Shown: positions 1-6,998 of the stretch, in pieces
Layout of the letters: every line of letters starts with the position of its first letter
Position numbering within the stretch: position 1 is the first letter of the stretch
Virus record (IMG/VR): IMGVR_UViG_3300020042_010367
Span: 1-27,082 of that record
Length of the DNA stretch: 27,082 nucleotides
Origin: a virus
Taxonomy: Duplodnaviria > Caudoviricetes
Reading direction: 5' to 3' (one strand)
The notes under the pieces: model-generated
What the model saw: the letters and a program-made list of their open reading frames with translations, nothing else
Databases searched by the model: none
What the model was told of the DNA's origin: nothing
Position numbers and translations under genes: made by a program

Positions 1-245
1 AACTTTGTATGAAACCATGTAGGGACTTTAAAACATGCATTCCATAGATAATACTTCTTGCTTGTGATTACTCTTTTTGATTGGTACTGACCTTTTGTGT
101 ATGATGTGATAGCTCCACACAACTCATCAATGATGGTTTTCCAACCTTCGGGAACCCACGCCCCGCATGGACATTCTTTGCCATTTTTCCCGTCATAAAA
201 TAAGTCGGGGTATTTATTGATTAAATATTGTTCAAAGTCTTCCAT
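1..245 (-). CDS. Conserved phage hypothetical protein, N-terminal part (runs off the left edge)
   Basis: Not in the ORF track. Translated by hand from ATG at 245: MEDFEQYLINKYPDLFYDGKNGKECPCGAWVPEGWKTIIDELCGAITSY..., open to the window edge. The 'KYP.LF...GW..IIDELC' pattern resembles a common phage family. It starts 2 nt after the stop of the upstream gene. Confidence 0.75.
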   Translation of the reverse strand, partial: MEDFEQYLINKYPDLFYDGKNGKECPCGAWVPEGWKTIIDELCGAITSYTKGQYQSKRVITSKKYYLWNACFKVPTWFHTK

Positions 246-246
246 G

Positions 247-618
247 TTATTTTTCTAGTAAAGCGTTAACGATTTTTTCTGCGTTTTCTTGGAAAGATGG
301 ATAATACAAGGTATTAATCCAATCTTTAAGAGCTTGTTCGCTAAGGGGAACGCCCTCTTTAGGCTTTGCTTCACCAGCTTCGCGAATGATTTTGACTAAT
401 TGATCTATCTTATCCTTAGCCGCTGCAAGGATTTCTGCTTTGGCAGGATAAACAGAGTGATAGACTGACTTGCAACCGTCTTCTACTTTGACCAAGTGCC
501 AGCCTTTGCGCAAACCATCTATAATACTCACATCATTGACCTGAACATATTTCTTACCTTTTTTCTGGTACAAGGCTCGGTTATTTTGTTTGTCGTATAT
601 AGAATTCATTGCGCTCAT
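247..618 (-). CDS. Hypothetical protein (123 aa)
   Basis: ORF track; tightly packed with neighbours and preceded by a sigma70-like promoter at 626-653. Confidence 0.75.
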   Translation of the reverse strand: MSAMNSIYDKQNNRALYQKKGKKYVQVNDVSIIDGLRKGWHLVKVEDGCKSVYHSVYPAKAEILAAAKDKIDQLVKIIREAGEAKPKEGVPLSEQALKDWINTLYYPSFQENAEKIVNALLEK

Positions 619-625
619 GAATTAA

Positions 626-653
626 ACTATACTTTGTATTTTAAAGGAGTCAA
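626..653 (-). promoter_or_regulatory. Sigma70-type promoter TTGACT-N16-TATAGT
   Basis: -35 at 653-648, -10 at 631-626, ATG at 618 seven nt downstream. Confidence 0.7.
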
Positions 654-654
654 G

Positions 655-1218
655 TTAAAGTTTAAATGATAACTTTTGAATTTGAGATCCTATTAATAGA
701 AAGATTTTGCTTATTTTATATAAAATATTTCCCAATTTTCTCTGGCATTTTCCGCGAATAGTTTTACTAAAAGCGATTTGTTTTTTAATTTTTTTAGCGA
801 TCTTTTCTTCTCTTTCTAGTCTAGGAGCAGAGTCTTCTTCCTCATATTTAAACAAAGATATTTCATCGACTTTACCGTTAATAAAAACAATTTTTAAATC
901 AATCGAAACATCTAAGGATTCTGTTTGTAAATAGTCGTAACATATAATAGTTGTTGTGATGTCGTGAGGAATAGTCTCTGTAGAGATTATCTTCATGTAT
1001 CCTTTCAAGAAATGATTTTCATCGCTTACCCATTCGCAATTGTTCTTTTTATACGTTAAGCTATCGTTTTCAATGCTGTAAGTGGCTAAAGCTTGATCAA
1101 AGTCTTTAGTTTGCAAAGATATTTCTTCGCCCTCGACTAGACTTAAATACTTATTTATTTTTTCATCAATTCCTAATAGTCTAGATTTAGAAATGATAAT
1201 GTTATCAAACATTCCCAA
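655..1218 (-). CDS. Conserved phage hypothetical protein (MGMFD...QTKD type)
   Basis: Track ORF 655..1287. The start is probably TTG at 1218 (or ATG at 1212), giving MGMFDNII...QTKDFD and removing the overlap with the upstream gene ending at 1223. Confidence 0.7.
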   Translation of the reverse strand: MGMFDNIIISKSRLLGIDEKINKYLSLVEGEEISLQTKDFDQALATYSIENDSLTYKKNNCEWVSDENHFLKGYMKIISTETIPHDITTTIICYDYLQTESLDVSIDLKIVFINGKVDEISLFKYEEEDSAPRLEREEKIAKKIKKQIAFSKTIRGKCQRKLGNILYKISKIFLLIGSQIQKLSFKL

Positions 1219-1222
1219 AATA

Positions 1223-1468
1223 TTAAACCTCCCAAGTTGTGTTTGAAGATGTATGGCCGCACTGCTCGCAAATATCGAGTTCGGCATACTGAAATAATTT
1301 GATTAAATCAGTAACAAATAAACTACCTTCGCTGATATGATCTTGTACTTTAATCAATAAATATTGAAGAAAATTATCTGTTTCGGTTTTATTCATTTCT
1401 CGCAAATCTTTTCCATCAACTGTCCAAGAATCGTCCATACATGTTGAATGTTGAATTATTTTTTTCAT
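1223..1468 (-). CDS. Hypothetical protein with C-terminal CxxC (CEQCGH)
   Basis: Track ORF 1223..1501 starts at a TTG that is part of a -35 box. The ATG at 1468 (MKKIIQHS) lies 5 nt after the -10 box. Confidence 0.65.
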   Translation of the reverse strand: MKKIIQHSTCMDDSWTVDGKDLREMNKTETDNFLQYLLIKVQDHISEGSLFVTDLIKLFQYAELDICEQCGHTSSNTTWEV

Positions 1469-1473
1469 TTCGG

Positions 1474-1501
1474 AATATATATTTGTTTCTTTATTTGTCA
1501 A
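1474..1501 (-). promoter_or_regulatory. Sigma70-type promoter TTGACA-N16-TATATT
   Basis: -35 at 1501-1496 (inside the last codons of the oxygenase gene), -10 at 1479-1474, ATG at 1468. Confidence 0.7.
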
Positions 1502-2312
1502 GGGCTGGTTGGTAAATCTTTTCGCGGAACCATTTAGTCAAAACAAATTTCTCTCCCTCTTCTACTGGCATTCCCCAATGCATAGATTCCTGAATGTTTT
1601 GGCCGTCCTTTGTATCTTGCCACAAAATCATTTTGCCCATTTCAGGCTTTGATTCGTAATCTATTTTGGTGAATTTAGTGTGCCCTCCTTTGGGAGTATC
1701 GTTTAAATAAACCATTGCTGTCCAAGTGCGATTTCCTTTAGTGGCTATTTCTTTTGTTTGAAACTCAGAGTTGGGAAACAGTGTGTCAAAATGAGGTTTA
1801 AATTGCTCGCCTTCTTTGTAGTATTGACCTTGAATTTGTTCTGTGAATTTTTCGGGAACGTTAATCAAACTAAAGATTCTATCCTCTACTAAATTAACAA
1901 TATCATATTTGTTTCTGTATAAATTAGTAGTCGAGCTAGTGCGAAAATCAGAGAGAGTATTGCCTCCTGTTTGATAATCAATAACAGAAGACTTTGTGCA
2001 ATTAGCGCGAATCACTTCAATAATTTTGGCGCACTCTTCCTCATTAAAGATGTTTTTGATTTCAAAAATATTTAGTTTATCAGAGAGTCTCTTTGCTGGA
2101 AATCTGGTATTAGAGAGGATCTTTTCTACGTCTAATTCTGGAGCGTTGTTTTGAACTTCAAAAATATCTGGGATTCCAAATTCGTTGATAATTAATTCTT
2201 TTTTAAATCCTTTGTCTAAAAGAATTCCTGCGATTTCCCTTTTGGGAGAGCCTCTTTTCACATTGTCCCAAATCCAAAATTTCCAACTGTCATCAAAAGA
2301 ATTAAAATTCAT
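1491..2312 (-). CDS. 2OG-Fe(II) oxygenase, prolyl 4-hydroxylase family
   Basis: Motifs RTSS, EQIQGQYYKEGEQFKPHFD (HxD), RTWTAMVYLND..GGHTKF and SMHWGMPVEEGEKFVLTKW (distal His and 2OG-binding Lys) match P4H catalytic domains. Start moved from 2381 to ATG 2312 to avoid the divergent gene. Confidence 0.9.
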   Translation of the reverse strand: MNFNSFDDSWKFWIWDNVKRGSPKREIAGILLDKGFKKELIINEFGIPDIFEVQNNAPELDVEKILSNTRFPAKRLSDKLNIFEIKNIFNEEECAKIIEVIRANCTKSSVIDYQTGGNTLSDFRTSSTTNLYRNKYDIVNLVEDRIFSLINVPEKFTEQIQGQYYKEGEQFKPHFDTLFPNSEFQTKEIATKGNRTWTAMVYLNDTPKGGHTKFTKIDYESKPEMGKMILWQDTKDGQNIQESMHWGMPVEEGEKFVLTKWFREKIYQPALDK

Positions 2313-2332
2313 ACTATATATACGTTTGAATC

Positions 2333-2338
2333 GTGTAA
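2333..2338 (+). promoter_or_regulatory. GTGTAA upstream motif (candidate phage-specific or late promoter element)
   Basis: 8 nt before ATG 2347. The same hexamer precedes starts at 3213(-), 11526(+) and 19753(+). Confidence 0.45.
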
Positions 2339-2346
2339 TTTCTAGT

Positions 2347-3015
2347 ATGAAGTTTGATTCTAAGGCTAGACAAATATTCAAAAAATTGCCTAATGACGTA
2401 AAAAACTATTTTTATGAAGTTGATGAAAAATGTAAAAATCATCAAATAAATTTTAGATTAAGCGGCGGAAAAAGCCTTAACGCTAACGGCTCTAGATGTG
2501 GAGGATGGTTTGACGATTCAACTAAAGAGTTGGCTATAGCTTTAAATATGCCTTTAAAATGGAGTTTGTCCATTCTTCTGCATGAAGAATCTCATTTAGA
2601 CCAGTGGCTAGATCAAAATTCTGTCTGGTATAATAGCAAAATTAATAACAGCTTTCAGCGTTTTTTTTCTTGGTTAGCTAAAGATTCTGAAATTCGCTAC
2701 CCCTTGAAAGAAGCAAAAAATATTATTATCCTTGAAGCTGATTGTGAAAGAAGAACATTACGAAAGATTCGCAAACGTTGGTCGCATATTATAGATTGCG
2801 AAACTTATTCTAGGTCTGCTAATGCTTATATGTTTTCTTACTTGTGGATGGCAAAAAGTAGAAAATGGATAGGTTGCTGTGTAAAACAACAGTATTTCTT
2901 GAAGCATTTCTCCGCTAAAATGCAAAAACAATATAATTTCTTGCCAGAAAAGTATCTTAAATTATTCTTGACTCAAGACAACAAAAAACCCCTCTCCAAA
3001 CGGAGAGGGGTTTAG
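2347..3015 (+). CDS. Putative zincin-like metallopeptidase (HEXXH)
   Basis: LLHEESHLDQW followed by LEADCERR (candidate third Zn ligand Glu). Track ORF 2185..3015; probable start is ATG 2347 (MKFDSKA). Confidence 0.7.
   Translation: MKFDSKARQIFKKLPNDVKNYFYEVDEKCKNHQINFRLSGGKSLNANGSRCGGWFDDSTKELAIALNMPLKWSLSILLHEESHLDQWLDQNSVWYNSKINNSFQRFFSWLAKDSEIRYPLKEAKNIIILEADCERRTLRKIRKRWSHIIDCETYSRSANAYMFSYLWMAKSRKWIGCCVKQQYFLKHFSAKMQKQYNFLPEKYLKLFLTQDNKKPLSKRRGV
2983..3013 (-). terminator. Intrinsic terminator hairpin between convergent genes
   Basis: AAACCCCTCTCC-aaac-GGAGAGGGGTTT, a perfect 12-bp stem at 2986-3013. On the minus strand the GC stem is followed by a T6 tract, just downstream of the gene ending at 3028. 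Confidence 0.85.
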
Positions 3016-3027
3016 TGGGTCTGCGGG

Positions 3028-3213
3028 TTATTTGTCTTTTGCTTTGCCGATATTTAAGGCGAGCCAATCAATTACCATGTAAGCTTTCTTAATAAAGCCG
3101 TCATCCTTTGGGGTAGGAGTTAAAGCGGCGATAGCGGAACATGTTGCCACGATAGAGGTAACAATATTAAAAATGTCGATTTTGTGAATGAGAATCCAAG
3201 TGATAGCGTTCAT
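3028..3213 (-). CDS. Small membrane protein, putative holin-like (TPTPKDD type)
   Basis: 61 aa with a hydrophobic helix IFNIVTSIVATCSAIAAL, a TPTPKDD turn, an amphipathic second helix and a basic tail GKAKDK. Confidence 0.6.
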   Translation of the reverse strand: MNAITWILIHKIDIFNIVTSIVATCSAIAALTPTPKDDGFIKKAYMVIDWLALNIGKAKDK

Positions 3214-3221
3214 GCTTTTAT

Positions 3222-3227
3222 TTACAC
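3222..3227 (-). promoter_or_regulatory. GTGTAA upstream motif
   Basis: 8 nt before ATG 3213; it coincides with the last Val codon and stop (GTG TAA) of the phosphoesterase gene. Confidence 0.4.
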
Positions 3228-3929
3228 ATAAAACGGCGTATACGACTCATCAATATTTAAACATTTAAATTCTGTATTTTCGTAATTAGTCGTAGAACTC
3301 TGATGGAAGTGTCCGTAAATCCAATTTTTTGGCTTGGTTCTTTGATATAAATAATCAAGTTGCTGACTCTCTTCAATGAGATCATTTTTCAAATCAGGGT
3401 CTTGATCGCACCAATATTTGATGTTATCAAATCCTTTGAAAGCTCCACAGACTCCTGGGCGAGTATGAGTTACAACTAAATCGTACTGACGATTTTCATA
3501 TGGAAATTCGTGTTCAAGTTTGAGATTAAAGGGTTCATCGCTCCACCATGATTTACCTTCTTTGCGAAAACGACGATCAACGCTAACTGCACCACCAACA
3601 AGTAAGATTCTTTTGCCAAGCAGTTCTAATTCGCTGTAATCAGCAAGTAGAGTAATATTAGTAATCCCAAAAGGATTGTTAGTTTCTGCAAAGTAGGATG
3701 GGTCATCATGATTTCCGCGAATAACGTAAAGATGGCAGTTGGTTTGAGTAAGAATCTTACTAAGAATAGTTAATTCGGTCTTGTAGTAATTTGGCTTGTA
3801 AAAGCCTAATCCAAAATCTCCAACTTGAATAATGTAGGCATCAGAAATGTTCTTTCTGATTTCATTTTTAAAAGGCCCAAACTCTGCGTGAATGTCTCCG
3901 ATTAATATTATTTTATTTTTTTCCTCCAT
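3222..3929 (-). CDS. Calcineurin-like metallophosphoesterase
   Basis: All five motifs are present: GDIH, VGDFG, RGNHD, VTH, YGHFH. Confidence 0.93.
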   Translation of the reverse strand: MEEKNKIILIGDIHAEFGPFKNEIRKNISDAYIIQVGDFGLGFYKPNYYKTELTILSKILTQTNCHLYVIRGNHDDPSYFAETNNPFGITNITLLADYSELELLGKRILLVGGAVSVDRRFRKEGKSWWSDEPFNLKLEHEFPYENRQYDLVVTHTRPGVCGAFKGFDNIKYWCDQDPDLKNDLIEESQQLDYLYQRTKPKNWIYGHFHQSSTTNYENTEFKCLNIDESYTPFYV

Positions 3930-3932
3930 AAC

Positions 3933-4109
3933 TTATTCAAAAGTATCGAAAACAAAATTTTCGTTGATTAATTCCATAATAGCATCACTTATTTTTTCCT
4001 TGATAACAATGCTCGTTGGATTATCAACATGTTTATGTGCTCGGTTAAAACCTAGAGAGATTCCGTTATCAATGCATTCGGTAATTATTTTATAGTAATT
4101 TGCTTTCAT
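3933..4109 (-). CDS. Small conserved phage protein (58 aa, G..RAHKH.D.P motif)
   Basis: Below the ORF-track cutoff. Hand translation MKANYYKIITECIDNGISLGFNRAHKHVDNPTSIVIKEKISDAIMELINENFVFDTFE; it fills the gap in the minus-strand gene run. Confidence 0.75.
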   Translation of the reverse strand: MKANYYKIITECIDNGISLGFNRAHKHVDNPTSIVIKEKISDAIMELINENFVFDTFE

Positions 4110-4162
4110 AATATTCTTATTTTAATTTGCTTTGAATCTGTGCGTGGTGTTGGTATTTTCAT
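4106..4162 (-). pseudogene. 18-codon ORF MKIPTPRTDSKQIKIRIL, probable remnant of a TPRTD-type phage gene
   Basis: Starts 4 nt after the upstream stop and ends in an ATGA overlap with the next gene. TPRTD is a frequent N-terminal motif of small phage proteins. Confidence 0.35.
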
Positions 4163-4166
4163 AATT

Positions 4167-4751
4167 TTACGTCCAAAAATATTCGCGATAATCAATCATT
4201 TTTTTTAAGATGTTAGAGTCTGTTTCTGAGATAAGAATATTGATTTTATTCATTTCTCCGTAGAGTTCATTATAAGATTTGCCTTTTAAATGATTTGGAA
4301 GGGGATAGGGAGGATAAAGAATATCTGCTTGAGCTTCGCAATTTGGTCTGCCAACAGTAATCCAATGAGCGGAAGAGTCAAGCCAATTCTTAAATTCGCG
4401 ATGTTTTTCTGTCCCATCCCAATCAACGTAAGATTGATCAGATTCTTTCTTGAAGCTAACAATCATTGCGAAATTAACATCCACAATCAAACTGCTAATA
4501 TCAGCCCATGTTTTAGGGATAACTTTGCGAATTTCTTGGTGCTTAGGTTTAAAAAAACATTTCACTTTGTAAAAGAAATCGTCCCACTTCCATCCCCAAC
4601 TGCGAAAATAATAATAAACATCTTCTCGTAGCCAATATTGAAAAGGATATTTTTCTTTTGTTTCTTTTTTCCATGAATCCCACTCATCGAAAGATAAGCT
4701 ATATGGAGTCTTGTAAATGAACGGGGTTTTTTGGTTGTCAGATTTTTCCAT
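4167..4751 (-). CDS. Hypothetical Trp/Tyr-rich phage protein (194 aa)
   Basis: ORF track; has its own consensus promoter. The C-terminus ETDSNILKKMIDYREYFWT looks like a conserved phage family ending. Confidence 0.8.
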   Translation of the reverse strand: MEKSDNQKTPFIYKTPYSLSFDEWDSWKKETKEKYPFQYWLREDVYYYFRSWGWKWDDFFYKVKCFFKPKHQEIRKVIPKTWADISSLIVDVNFAMIVSFKKESDQSYVDWDGTEKHREFKNWLDSSAHWITVGRPNCEAQADILYPPYPLPNHLKGKSYNELYGEMNKINILISETDSNILKKMIDYREYFWT

Positions 4752-4755
4752 ACTG

Positions 4756-4783
4756 ATTATACCATTGATTTTTCTTTTGTCAA
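4756..4783 (-). promoter_or_regulatory. Consensus sigma70 promoter TTGACA-N16-TATAAT with extended -10 (TGG)
   Basis: -35 at 4783-4778, -10 at 4761-4756. The uvsE stop codon lies inside the -10 box; ATG 4751 follows after 4 nt. Confidence 0.85.
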
Positions 4784-5668
4784 ATCTCTGATCTTAAAAA
4801 TAGCCTTACATTTATTTTTTAACTCAATATCATAGAACACTTCTCTACCATAATCCTCTGGAGTAGTGGTTGGCATGTCAGCGTGTTTGCGAGTGCCGTC
4901 AATGCCTTCGCTGTAGTGAAACAGAGGTGTTGTGGGCCAAGTGTCATAAGCTGCGTTAAAAGCCTCTCTAGGGGTCAAAGAATCGCCAAGGATGCTGTGA
5001 TGTAAGCTGTCGTAAGTGATTGGAATGCTGCGAGTGTTGTGAAAGTGTTTGATCAGGTTTTTGATGCCCCAGATGCCTTTAGCATTGTCGTTGTTTTCTA
5101 GAACTAAACGCTTGCGAATATTATCTGGCAATTCATCGTATACTGACAATACTTTGTCAGCGATTGCTTGAGCGTCTCCCTCTTGACGAACATGAAGATT
5201 GAGTGGAGAACGATAGTCTTCTGGCAAGTCTAAGAGACTAAAGATTTCAGCGTGCTGTTTGAGGTCTGAAATGCTGTTGTCAATGCATTCTTTCTTGTCA
5301 GATGACAGAGTGATGTATTCGCTAGGATGGGAGGATAAACGAATAGGCTTTTCTACCAAAGTCTTTTTGATAGCATCGCACGTTTCTTTGATGCTGGAAA
5401 AGTTTGGCAAGTCAGAGATTAATAGCTTAACATCTTTGTGCGTTAAGATTGGAGCAAGAGACGATGATACTCTATAACCTTGGATATTATTGTTTTGACA
5501 AAACTTGATTGTTTGATGAGTCATCTTAAAGTTGTGCAAGATGCGCTGAGAAAGCTCGTTGATAGCTTGGTCAAAAGGCAGTTTGGCGAATTGGGTATAT
5601 GTCATCGAACGGAAGTTGTGACCGTTGTCAGATAGTGTCTTGGAGATACAGCAAAGGGCTAGATTCAT
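4757..5668 (-). CDS. uvsE: UV DNA damage endonuclease (UvsE/UVDE)
   Basis: Motifs YRVSS, RLSSHPSEY, RLVLENND, YDSLHH, PLFHYSE, HAD, DIELKNK. Start at ATG 5668 (MNLALCC); the track's TTG at 5701 is the -35 box. Confidence 0.92.
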   Translation of the reverse strand: MNLALCCISKTLSDNGHNFRSMTYTQFAKLPFDQAINELSQRILHNFKMTHQTIKFCQNNNIQGYRVSSSLAPILTHKDVKLLISDLPNFSSIKETCDAIKKTLVEKPIRLSSHPSEYITLSSDKKECIDNSISDLKQHAEIFSLLDLPEDYRSPLNLHVRQEGDAQAIADKVLSVYDELPDNIRKRLVLENNDNAKGIWGIKNLIKHFHNTRSIPITYDSLHHSILGDSLTPREAFNAAYDTWPTTPLFHYSEGIDGTRKHADMPTTTPEDYGREVFYDIELKNKCKAIFKIRDLTKEKSMV

Positions 5669-5673
5669 ACTAG

Positions 5674-5701
5674 AATCTAGCCCCTCTATGCTGAATGTCA
5701 A
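5674..5701 (-). promoter_or_regulatory. Sigma70-type promoter TTGACA-N16-TAGATT
   Basis: -35 at 5701-5696, -10 at 5679-5674, ATG 5668 five nt downstream. Confidence 0.75.
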
Positions 5702-6145
5702 TTACGATCTCAAGATTTTTTCAGGATCACGTTCTCGCGGTCCTTTTTCAACGCTCGTCCAACTTTCAAAATCAATTAAAAATAATTTGCCACTATCAGA
5801 TTCTACAACATTTTTCCAACGAATATCATTGTGATGAATTCCATACTTATTCGCTAGTAAGTCATTCATTCTTTTGATTTCCGCCTTGAACTTGTAACGA
5901 TCTTTCGGCGCATATTTGATGTTTAATGATTCACCAACATACTTGGTGATGATTAACTTTTCTTCTGGCTTAGTGCTTATAAGCGGAGCTATAAAATCGC
6001 AATCGGATAAACTAAAATACGCGAACACTTCTTTCTTAAATTTATTAACTGTTTTTAAGTATTTGTATACAAGTAGTTCATTGTTGATTTCATGTAGTTC
6101 TAGCCTCTCAGTCGAAACTCCTTTTTTAAATTCTTTAATCAACAT
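5702..6145 (-). CDS. Minimal protein kinase-like protein (RIO/Bud32/Kdo-kinase-like fold)
   Basis: Candidate VYK lysine and KKE glutamate, catalytic loop HHNDIRWKNVV, metal-binding LIDFE; only 147 aa. Confidence 0.8.
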   Translation of the reverse strand: MLIKEFKKGVSTERLELHEINNELLVYKYLKTVNKFKKEVFAYFSLSDCDFIAPLISTKPEEKLIITKYVGESLNIKYAPKDRYKFKAEIKRMNDLLANKYGIHHNDIRWKNVVESDSGKLFLIDFESWTSVEKGPRERDPEKILRS

Positions 6146-6148
6146 AAA

Positions 6149-6244
6149 TTAAATATATCGTCCTATTGCTTCAATGAAGCGCAAAATCTTTTCTAAAAAT
6201 AAATTGATCATTAATTCTTTAATTTGTTTGAGGCGATTAAACAT
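6149..6244 (-). CDS. 31-aa amphipathic micropeptide
   Basis: Hand translation MFNRLKQIKELMINLFLEKILRFIEAIGRYI. It overlaps the sigma-factor stop by 8 nt and ends 3 nt before the kinase ATG, exactly filling the gap. Confidence 0.45.
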   Translation of the reverse strand: MFNRLKQIKELMINLFLEKILRFIEAIGRYI

Positions 6245-6821
6245 ATTCCTTGGATAGTCTTTCTATTTCTGATTGAAGTTTTTTGGTCATTTTATGTTTT
6301 GCGACATAAAAAGCACCGACTGTTACTTTATATTTTTCAATAATCTCTTCTTTGCTTTTCTCCTTTAAGAAAATATCGCAAAAAATATCATACTCTTTGC
6401 CTGATCTAGTGGTCTTCAAATTGTTTAAAGCAATTTTAATTAGTTTTTGCTTATATTTGTGGTCAGACTTATTCTCCACGGTGCAGTCTTCGCTTCCTTG
6501 ACTCTCCATTAGTTCGTCATCACCAGAGATGAAATACTTAGTTTGAGTCTTATTTCTGCGGATGATGTCAATCATTCTCCATTTCGCAAACTTTTGAACC
6601 CAAGCGTGAAGACATCCCTTTGATGAATCAAATTTATTATTTTTAAATTGATTAGCCATTGCTAAGAAAATATCTTGAATTGTATCTTCGGCATCTTGAT
6701 TGTTAAGATTGTATGAGTGGGTCAAGGAGCGAAAATAACCATAATAATGAGTATAAAATTCGTTCCAATCTTTGGCATTTGTCCAATCTTTAAGATCAAT
6801 TTCGGATGGCTGTTCAATCAT
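6237..6821 (-). CDS. ECF-type RNA polymerase sigma factor
   Basis: Region 2: WNEFYTHY...DAEDTIQDIF...FDSSKG.LHAW...AKWRMIDIIRR. Region 4 HTH: EEIIEKYKVTVGAFYVAKHKMTKKL. Confidence 0.9.
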   Translation of the reverse strand: MIEQPSEIDLKDWTNAKDWNEFYTHYYGYFRSLTHSYNLNNQDAEDTIQDIFLAMANQFKNNKFDSSKGCLHAWVQKFAKWRMIDIIRRNKTQTKYFISGDDELMESQGSEDCTVENKSDHKYKQKLIKIALNNLKTTRSGKEYDIFCDIFLKEKSKEEIIEKYKVTVGAFYVAKHKMTKKLQSEIERLSKEYV

Positions 6822-6822
6822 A

Positions 6823-6996
6823 TTAAAATGGGGTATCGTCTTCTTCTACTTCTAAAGGTTGATGCTGCTCTGCGATGGTATTTTTCAAAGCTCTAATAAC
6901 AGCGTACAACGCTACATAAGATTGATGATTGTCACCGTCAAGAGTAAAGACTTCGCTCTCCAGATTTTTAATTAATTTTGATAAAAAAGTTTTCAT
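6823..6996 (-). CDS. 57-aa protein with acidic C-terminal tail EEDDTPF
   Basis: Hand translation MKTFLSKLIKNLESEVFTLDGDNHQSYVALYAVIRALKNTIAEQHQPLEVEEDDTPF; it fills the gap between thyX and the sigma gene with 2-nt and 1-nt spacing. Confidence 0.7.
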   Translation of the reverse strand: MKTFLSKLIKNLESEVFTLDGDNHQSYVALYAVIRALKNTIAEQHQPLEVEEDDTPF

Positions 6997-6998
6997 AA

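Noticed and set aside
1491-2312. Oxygenase as a TET/JBP base hydroxylase supplying the BGT-like enzyme
   Set aside because: The motifs (RTSS, HFD, VYLND, GG.T.F, H...PV..GEK...TKW) are those of prolyl 4-hydroxylases, with Lys rather than the TET/JBP Arg binding 2OG.
4354-4381. TTGACT-N16-TACTGT inside the 194-aa gene (minus strand)
   Set aside because: The -10 box is weak, the site is intragenic and about 190 nt from the next start; it is plausibly chance.
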